DNA of 64,000 nt, taken from positions 1-64,000 of the forward strand of contig ADNK01001017.1 of the NCBI GenBank assembly GCA_000320545.1. The letters run 5' to 3'. Source of the DNA: Bigelowiella natans CCMP2755 (lineage: Eukaryota; Protista; Cercozoa). Below, piece by piece: positions 63,863 to 64,000 of the stretch. The stretch's first letter is position 1. Each line of letters opens with the position of its first letter. A program made the translations under genes and the position numbers. Under the pieces are notes generated by a model. That model saw nothing but the letters and a program-made list of their open reading frames with translations. It was not told the origin of the DNA and did no database searches.

Positions 63863-64000
63863 TCGCTCATCCCACGGTAGGGAATTCACTTTGAGCAACC
63901 GATTTTCATCATCCAAAACATATTTAGTCTGTGTAACAATCAAGAAATAAAACTAAAGATGAGGGTATGATGATGCTTTTGTGACAGTGCTGGATAAAAA
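61820..64000 (-). CDS. 3' part of an uncharacterised protein; upstream exon LNMFWMMKI may be the end of a TLC (TRAM/LAG1/CLN8) domain
   Basis: Spliceable exons at ~63890-63927 (LNMFWMMKIGCSK), ~63300-63687, ~62933-63098 and a long terminal exon 61820-62725. The start lies outside the window and the domain call is weak. Confidence 0.55.

Overview
This is eukaryotic nuclear DNA: AT-rich and intron-dense, with GT-AG introns full of microsatellites. By splicing exons by hand I reconstruct 13 protein-coding genes. In order they are: IRP1/AcnA-type aconitase (-, runs off the left edge), bacterial-type AIR synthase PurM (+), a cyclophilin with a long N-terminal extension (-), DCAF15-like (+), COA3-like (-), GH81 endo-beta-1,3-glucanase (+), plastid-type FtsH with a bipartite leader (-), Aladin/AAAS (+), a secreted GT2-GT32 double glycosyltransferase (-), a multi-RRM protein (+), a membrane-anchored CLASP/TOG-like protein (-), an SH3-like + ubiquitin-like + conserved-unknown-domain protein (+), and an unknown, possibly TLC-domain, protein (-, starts beyond the right edge). 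The signal+transit leaders point to an alga with a secondary plastid; a chlorarachniophyte is my best guess (inference). The most striking features are architectural. All 13 genes strictly alternate strand. The tail-to-tail spacers carry a distinctive sequence rich in CTAG and other short palindromes. Two intergenic patches (about 60.6-61.7 kb and 40.2-40.76 kb) are strongly TpA-depleted and TpG/CpA-rich, which suggests a localized TA->TG/CA hypermutation process. Most ORFs in the supplied track are microsatellite artefacts. Gene models and all counts are manual and need RNA-seq and HMM confirmation.
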